From Azolla caroliniana (taxonomy: Eukaryota > Plantae > Polypodiophyta): a stretch of 64,000 nucleotides of DNA. A program made the position numbers and the translations under genes. Positions 57,765 to 64,000 of this stretch are shown here, piece after piece. The first letter of the stretch is position 1. Every line of letters starts with the position of its first letter. The stretch is taken from assembly GCA_043228905.1 (NCBI GenBank), contig JBHGNT010000001.1, positions 15,934,001 through 15,998,000 of the forward strand, given 5' to 3'. The notes beneath the pieces are model-generated. The model worked only from the letters and a program-made list of their open reading frames with translations, had not been told where the DNA came from and did not search any database.

Positions 57765-60700
57765 ACAGGAAGAAAAGTCTCGGAGCAAAACAAGTACGAA
57801 TCGGCCCGGATGGGGCATCTACGTACACGGCCGTAACCGGAGGAATGAAGAAACAATACCGACAAGTGGAGGATAAGTTACGGTCGGCATCAATAATAAA
57901 AGAAGACGAAGAAATCGTGGGAGTGATCGAGGAAGTGTTCTATGGGAATACACTACAACGGCTTGAAGAGCTTGCAGAAGATAAAAGCCAAGGGAACCGG
58001 GTAGTCCCGGTGGAATCGGTCGAGATGTACGAGATCGTTGCGAAAATGGGGCCGGATGCGCTCCGCAAAGAAGAAGCAATGGTAAGTACGAAATACAAGA
58101 CCGTGGAGAAGAAGGTGAAACCGGCCGCGGGACCACTACCCGCCGATAGCGAACAAAAGAAGAAAGAAGTCTCGGGAGATCCGACACTTCGGAAGTCCGT
58201 GGATATCGGACATGCCTTCACAGATGAGACCCGGAAGGAACTTCGGATCGGTGGAGGTGGGTTCCTCTTACAAGAAGAAGAAAAACGGTTTCGAGAGATG
58301 TTGGAGCAACATGGCAAAGCATTCGCGTTCACATCGAGGGAGATCGGATGCATTGATCCAAAGATAGTGGAGCCGATGGTGATTTTCACGATTGATCATG
58401 TACCGTGGAACCTGAAGCCGATTCCGGTGCCACGGGCGCATATTCCGAAAGTCATCGACTTGCTCAAGGAGAAGGTGGCGATGGGGATTCTAGAGCCATC
58501 AAGTGCTCCGTACTCAAATCGATGGTTTACGGTTCCGAAGAAGAATGGGTCACTCCGATTCATCCAAGACTTGCAACCGGTGAACAAGGTCACGATCCGG
58601 AACTCGGGAGTCGGTCCGATAGTGGACGAATTCGCGGAAGCTTTTGCCGGACGTGCGATATACTCCATCGGGGACCTATACTCGGGGTATGACCAATTCC
58701 AACTAGCCGTGGAGAGCCGAGACATCACTACCATGCGGACACCGATAGGACTAGTTCGAATGTGCACACTACCACAAGGAGCGACAAACTCGGTTGCACA
58801 TATGATGAACGCAATGAACAAGGTGCTTCGAGATTGCATTCCGGAGATAACGATGCCGTTTCTAGATGACATTCCGATGAAAGGATGCGCGGTGGAAGAA
58901 AAAGATGAGACTATGGATGATCGGGGATGCCGAAAGTTCGTGGTCGACCATATTCATGATTGCGAGAAAGTGTTGCGAAAGCTAGAAGATGTGCACCTAA
59001 CACTTTCCGGGGAGAAATCGGCATTCGGGCAAGAAGAAATATTGGTGGTCGGACATCTATGTGGACCCTACGGCCGAAGACCGTCACCAACAAAGATCGA
59101 TGCGATTCAAGCTATGAAGGAAGTATGTGAGTCAACATCGGAAGTCCGAAGGTTTCTGGGTGCGTGTGCATTCTATCACATATGGATTCCGCACTATGCA
59201 CATATAGCGGACCCGCTCTATCACTTGTTGCGGAAAGGTAAGAAATTCGAGTGGAAACCGGAACACACTAAAGCCATGAGGAAGCTCAAGAAGACACTAT
59301 GGAGGGCGGAATCACTTAAGAAGCCAAGCTACGAGCGGCCAATCATAGTAACGGTTGATACAAGTCCAACCGGTATCGGGTGGGTCATCAATCAAGCCGA
59401 CTCGGATGGTTCGCGGTATCCGATCCGATTTGGAGCAAAGGTCCTCAACGAAAGGCAACGCGGATATGCACAAGTCAAAAGAGAGTTGTGGGGAGTCGTG
59501 TCGGCGATAAAATCGGATCGGGATTATTTGATCGGAGCTGAAGTGGTGATCGAGACGGATTGTCTTCCGATACTCGGGATGATGCGGTGTTGTACGATAC
59601 CGGATGTGGCTATGCTAAGGTGGATTGCATATGTCAAGTCACTTAATCCGGAGGTTCGACACATCTCGGGGAAGGACAACGCGGTAGCGGACATGTTATC
59701 GAGGGCGCGGTTTGAAGACGACATAACCGAATCAGATAATGAAGAAGTTTCCGAAGACTACTTCACGTCAGAACACATATGCCGAGTGAACGTGATCCGA
59801 GAATTCCGGGAAGAAGAATACGAGGGGGAAACCTTGATGATCGGGAAGATGCTACAAGAGGTCGAGGATTCAACCAATGATAAAGAAAGGAGAGCCGAGA
59901 TCCGAAGGAAGAAGAGGCAAGTCCAAAAGTTCTTCTTGGAAAACGGTTTAATATGGAGGACGCCGAAAAGACCGGATGGGATACCACTTCGAGTAGTCGG
60001 GACGAAAGAGCAACGAAACCGGATAATGTCCGAGTTCCACGAATCCGATTGGGCTGGACATCGAGGAACATGGGCAACTTTTGTGAAAATCAAGCAAAGA
60101 TATTGGTGGAAGAACATGTATAAAGATGTCGCGGAGTTCACAGAAAGCTGCGAGAAATGTCAAGTCTACTCCGGGGTCCGACACCGAGATGAGCTGCATC
60201 CGACATTCTCACCGACAATCAACTTCAAGTGGATGGTCGACATTGTAGCTATGCCGACCGGGATTGGACAAAAGAAATACTTGGTGTTAGCTCGAGAAGA
60301 TCTCACAAACCAAGTTGAAGGTCGAGCGCTTCGGAGGAAAACGTGTGCCGCGGTGTGCCAATTTCTTTTGGAAGAAGTGTTTTGTAGGTACGGCTGCGTA
60401 GGACAAGTGATTGCGGACCGGGGAGAACTCGACTCGGACAAAGCTAGGGGATTCTTCGCCAAACACGGAGTTCGGTTAACGTTGACAACGGCCTACAATC
60501 CGGAGGCCAACGGGAAGATCGAACGAGGACATAGTCCGATCGTGAAAGCACTTGCGAAGGCATGCGACGGAAGGGTGAAGGATTGGCCACAAATGCTTCC
60601 GTATGCACTATGGGCGGATCGGACGACGCATAGCTCCGTGACCGGTTACATGCCGGCAGAACTCATGACCGGACAAGCACCGGTAATGCCAACGGAAACC

Positions 60701-61312
60701 GCAATCGCGACATGGACAATACTACCGTGGAAGGAAGAGATGAGCCGGGAAGAACTACTAGCGGTCCGGATACGACAACTGGAGGGAAGACCGAAAGATG
60801 TAGCGGAAGCGTCACGCCGACAACAAGAAGCACGGTTCCGGAACAAAAGCCGGTTCGACACAAAGCACCGACTACGACCGAGGAGGATTGAAGAAGGAGA
60901 TTGGGTGATCGTCTATGATAGTAGCTTGGACCATCAACATACAACGATGCGGAAATTCGCGAAAAGGTGGTTCGGGCCGTACGAGGTTCGGAAGGTCTTC
61001 GACAACGGGACGTACCGACTGTCCGAGTTGGATGGAACAATACTACGAGTGCCTATAGCCGGGAAGCGGGTGAAGATTTTCAAGAAGCGGACCGACGACA
61101 AACCTTATGTGATCCAAGTCGAGGCCGACAACGAGGAGCAATCGGACGAAGACCACAATGATGCGGGAAGCGAAGAAAGTGGATTACAACTCATAGTCGA
61201 CATAAGGGGAGAATCGGAGGAAGCTTCGGATGAAGACGGATACGAAGAATCAAGAACTTCGGCACATACCGGAGGATGTGCGGGTTTGGAGGGGGCGAGT
61301 GTCGTAGTGTAG
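57701..61312 (+). CDS. Pol (RT-RH-INT) of the Trp-primed gypsy, probably reached by -1 frameshift
   Basis: LPQGATNS, FLDDIPMKG, VTVDTSPTGIG, GHRGTWAT, ADRGELD and YNPEANGKIERGH. No stops; ends inside the 3' LTR. Confidence 0.92.
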   Translation, partial: GFLKRTVAEWGSDSPRSPDTPHRKKSLGAKQVRIGPDGASTYTAVTGGMKKQYRQVEDKLRSASIIKEDEEIVGVIEEVFYGNTLQRLEELAEDKSQGNRVVPVESVEMYEIVAKMGPDALRKEEAMVSTKYKTVEKKVKPAAGPLPADSEQKKKEVSGDPTLRKSVDIGHAFTDETRKELRIGGGGFLLQEEEKRFREMLEQHGKAFAFTSREIGCIDPKIVEPMVIFTIDHVPWNLKPIPVPRAHIPKVIDLLKEKVAMGILEPSSAPYSNRWFTVPKKNGSLRFIQDLQPVNKVTIRNSGVGPIVDEFAEAFAGRAIYSIGDLYSGYDQFQLAVESRDITTMRTPIGLVRMCTLPQGATNSVAHMMNAMNKVLRDCIPEITMPFLDDIPMKGCAVEEKDETMDDRGCRKFVVDHIHDCEKVLRKLEDVHLTLSGEKSAFGQEEILVVGHLCGPYGRRPSPTKIDAIQAMKEVCESTSEVRRFLGACAFYHIWIPHYAHIADPLYHLLRKGKKFEWKPEHTKAMRKLKKTLWRAESLKKPSYERPIIVTVDTSPTGIGWVINQADSDGSRYPIRFGAKVLNERQRGYAQVKRELWGVVSAIKSDRDYLIGAEVVIETDCLPILGMMRCCTIPDVAMLRWIAYVKSLNPEVRHISGKDNAVADMLSRARFEDDITESDNEEVSEDYFTSEHICRVNVIREFREEEYEGETLMIGKMLQEVEDSTNDKERRAEIRRKKRQVQKFFLENGLIWRTPKRPDGIPLRVVGTKEQRNRIMSEFHESDWAGHRGTWATFVKIKQRYWWKNMYKDVAEFTESCEKCQVYSGVRHRDELHPTFSPTINFKWMVDIVAMPTGIGQKKYLVLAREDLTNQVEGRALRRKTCAAVCQFLLEEVFCRYGCVGQVIADRGELDSDKARGFFAKHGVRLTLTTAYNPEANGKIERGHSPIVKALAKACDGRVKDWPQMLPYALWADRTTHSSVTGYMPAELMTGQAPVMPTETAIATWTILPWKEEMSREELLAVRIRQLEGRPKDVAEASRRQQEARFRNKSRFDTKHRLRPRRIEEGDWVIVYDSSLDHQHTTMRKFAKRWFGPYEVRKVFDNGTYRLSELDGTILRVPIAGKRVKIFKKRTDDKPYVIQVEADNEEQSDEDHNDAGSEESGLQLIVDIRGESEEASDEDGYEESRTSAHTGGCAGLEGASVVV

Positions 61313-62105
61313 GTTGCACACTATGTGGAAATTATATTTTTGTCCCTCCGGATAGAGAATGGAGTGCTCGGTGAGAACCGGAAGAAAACGGCATACCGGC
61401 AAGGAGGAAAACGGCATACCGGCAAGGAAGAAAACGGCATACCGGCAAGGAAGAGCCGGATAAAGAGACATAAATGTAAAAAGAAAGGAAATACTCACTA
61501 CTGCGCAGGGCGTGATTCGAACTCTGCACCTTCACGTTGACAAACCCCAACCTTACCATTACATTAACTTATCTTAAGTGTTTTAAATATAGATTTAATA
61601 CGTATAAGACCTTTATTTATGCATACCTTTATTAAAAGGTAAATCGTGTATTTTTTTAATATATGAAAAAGAAAAACACGAGACACTAAAAATAACTCAT
61701 GCACATCTAGCGTGCATGAGCCCTATACTTAGGAAATAAAAAAAAAGCATCACATGCACATTTAGGGGACATGAACACTTTTTGTAAAAAAGCATGAAGC
61801 CATGCTTAGCTCTTCCATCTTTATATAAGGAGGAGAAAAATATGTATATGGTTGTTGATTATTTGGATTAAGAATTAATCAATACAAAAATTATTCGTGG
61901 GATTCACGATTTATACGTCTACTTCTCTCTTAACACCCTAAGTACCAATTAATATAGTATACTCGTGTGATTCACGAGTTTCTTATCTTTCTCTTTGCTA
62001 TTTACTCATAATTAATCTCTATCTCACGAACTTCTTTCTCCTAGTCCAAGACCTCTGTGGTTCCCACCCGACTCACGCAACGATCCGGAGCCGAAAGGCA
62101 CGACA
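61300..62105 (+). repeat. 3' LTR (806 bp) of Trp-primed gypsy copy 2
   Basis: Direct repeat of 54826-55632. Confidence 0.95.
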
Positions 62106-62109
62106 CCGG

Positions 62110-63776
62110 TTACCGAAGCTCCAGAACGGAGATATCCTCTAAGAGAGAGAAGGGCCCCCCGGAGATTTCCGGAACCAGAGCACGTGCTGCTAACCGACGA
62201 AGGGGAGCCGGAGAGCTTTGAAGAAGCAAAGCATGACACCCAGAGCCGCAGGTGGTTGAGTGCCATGCAGGACGAGATGGATTCCCTGCATGAGAACCAC
62301 ACATATGAACTTGTGGAGTTGCCGAAAGGAAAGCGGGCACTTCGAAACAAGTGGGTGTTCAAGCTGAAACCGGGAGATGCCGGAAACCCCCCGAGATACA
62401 AAGCCAGGATCGTGGTGAAGGGGTTTCAGCAGAAGAAGGGCGTCGACTTCGACGAGATATTCGCCCCGGTAGTGAAGATGACCTCCATCCGGACGGTGCT
62501 GAGCATAGCGGCAAGCATGGACCTCGAGGTAGAACAGATGGACGTGAAGACGGCATTCCTTCACGGTGACCTCGAAGAAGAGATCTACATGCAGCAACCG
62601 GAAGGATTCGAGAAGAAAGGGAAGGAGCACCTGGTATGCCGGTTGAAGAAGAGCCTTTACGGACTGAAGCAGGCTCCCCGGCAATGGTACCGGAAGTTCG
62701 ACTCCTTCATGACCGACGAAGGGTACCACAAAATGCAGTCTGATCACTGCGTGTTTGTGAAGAAGTTCGAAGGAGGAGACTCTCTAATACTCCTCCTGTA
62801 CGTGGACGACATGTTGATCGTCGGACGGGACCAGGTCAAGATACGGGCGCTGAAGAAAGCGCTTCACCGAACCTTCTCAATGAAGGACCTGGGTCCGGCG
62901 AGGCAAATACTAGGGATGCACATCATCCGGGACCGGAAGAAGAAGCAGTTGTGGCTGTCACAGGAGAAGTACGTGACAAAGGTGCTTCACCGGTTCAACA
63001 TGTCGGAAGCAAGACCGGTCGGGTCAACCCTCCCGGGAAACTGCAAGTTGTCCAGCAAGCAAAGCCCCAAGACAAAGGCTGAGAAGGAGGACATGATGAA
63101 AGTACCATATGCCTCTGCCGTCGGAAGCTTGATGTACGCAATGGTGTGTACAAGACCGGACATAGGATATGCAGTTGGAGTGGTGAGCCGGTACATGAGC
63201 AATCCCGGCAAAGAGCACTGGAACGCGGTCAAGTGGATACTCCGATACCTGAAGGGCACGGCAAACGTGTGCCTCCGATTCGGCTCCGGTAAGCCCGAAT
63301 TCGACGGCTTTACCGATTCGGATATGTCGGCTGATGCAGATACCAGCCGGTCCACATCAGGGTATGTGATGACGTATGCAGGTGGAGCTGTTTCGTGGCA
63401 GTCGAGGCTGCAGAAGACGGTTGCGCTGTCAACCACGGAGGCGGAGTACATGGCGGCTGTTGAAGCCGGCAAGGAAATAATATGGATGAAGAACTTCATT
63501 AGAGAGCTCGGTATCCGGCAGGAGGAGTACCGACTCTACTGCGATAGTCTGAGTGCCATCCACCTTGCGAAGAACGCGGCCTACCATTCCCGGACGAAAC
63601 ACATCCAGCGTAGATACCACTGGATCCGGGAAAGGATAGAAGACAAGGAGTTCGTGCTGACGAAGATCCACACGGACGAGAACGGGTCGGATATGCTGAC
63701 CAAGGTGCTCACACCCGACAAGCTGGAAGCATGCCGGAAGAGGATCGGGTTGGAGAGACATCCCATGCCGAAGTGA
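62110..63776 (+). CDS. Copia E polyprotein, C-terminal part (RT, RH)
   Basis: In frame with 52419-54825 after removing the insert and one CCGG (EEP|VTEAPERRYPLR). Motifs YVDDML, FTDSDMSAD and RTKHIQRRYHW. Confidence 0.92.
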
Positions 63777-63786
63777 AGGGGGAGTT

Positions 63787-64000
63787 TGTTGGGATTTCGG
63801 TCCCTCCGGATGGGATGTCCGGAGATGAATGACGGCAAGCCCGGAGGCTGTTACGGAGCCGGATGCTGAAGACCCCGGTTACGGAGCCGGATGCTGAAGA
63901 CCCCGGTTACGGAGCCGGATGACGTATGTACCCGGAGAGAGATCCGGATGCGGGGACATATCTGTGAATATGTTTGCCAAGGGCCCTTGAGGCTATATTT
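63787..64000 (+). repeat. 3' LTR of copia E (partial)
   Basis: Matches 51771-51984. Confidence 0.93.

Larger units (their letters stand above)
54826..62105 (+). mobile_element. Intact tRNA-Trp-primed Ty3/gypsy element, copy 2
   Basis: LTRs 54826-55632 and 61300-62105 differ only in homopolymer lengths by eye. 4-bp TSD CCGG, PBS 55637-55654, PPT GGAGGGGGCGAG 61288-61299, two open ORFs. Confidence 0.96.
51771..64000 (+). mobile_element. Young Ty1/copia element E (Tnt1/Tork-like), split by a nested gypsy; 3' LTR runs off the window
   Basis: 5' LTR 51771-52387, PBS TGGTATCAGAGC 52391-52402, PPT GAAGGGGGAG at about 63775-63784. The 3' LTR from 63787 matches the 5' LTR over the 214 bp visible. 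Confidence 0.95.

Overview
This window is almost entirely nested LTR retrotransposons from a eukaryotic genome. The element types suggest a non-seed land plant (fern, lycophyte or bryophyte); that is inference. I found no host gene, rRNA, functional tRNA or CRISPR array. Elements resolved: (i) three copies of an Athila-like Ty3/gypsy carrying an extra 3' ORF, one full-length at 23173-38350 with TSD GGTGC; (ii) six Ty1/copia elements or fragments plus a copia solo LTR, including an intact young copy (28937-34286) and a young copy split by a nested insertion (51771->64000); (iii) a tRNA-Trp-primed gypsy lineage with 4-bp NCGN target duplications and a gag-pro/pol -1 frameshift, present as an intact copy (54826-62105), a decayed three-LTR copy (11657-20620), a solo LTR (40681-41761) and a non-coding relative; (iv) a self-priming Tcn1-like chromovirus (46564-51770). 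The most striking unexplained signal is a tRNA-shaped Pol III A-box/B-box module. It sits antisense in the U3 region of seven LTRs from two unrelated gypsy lineages.
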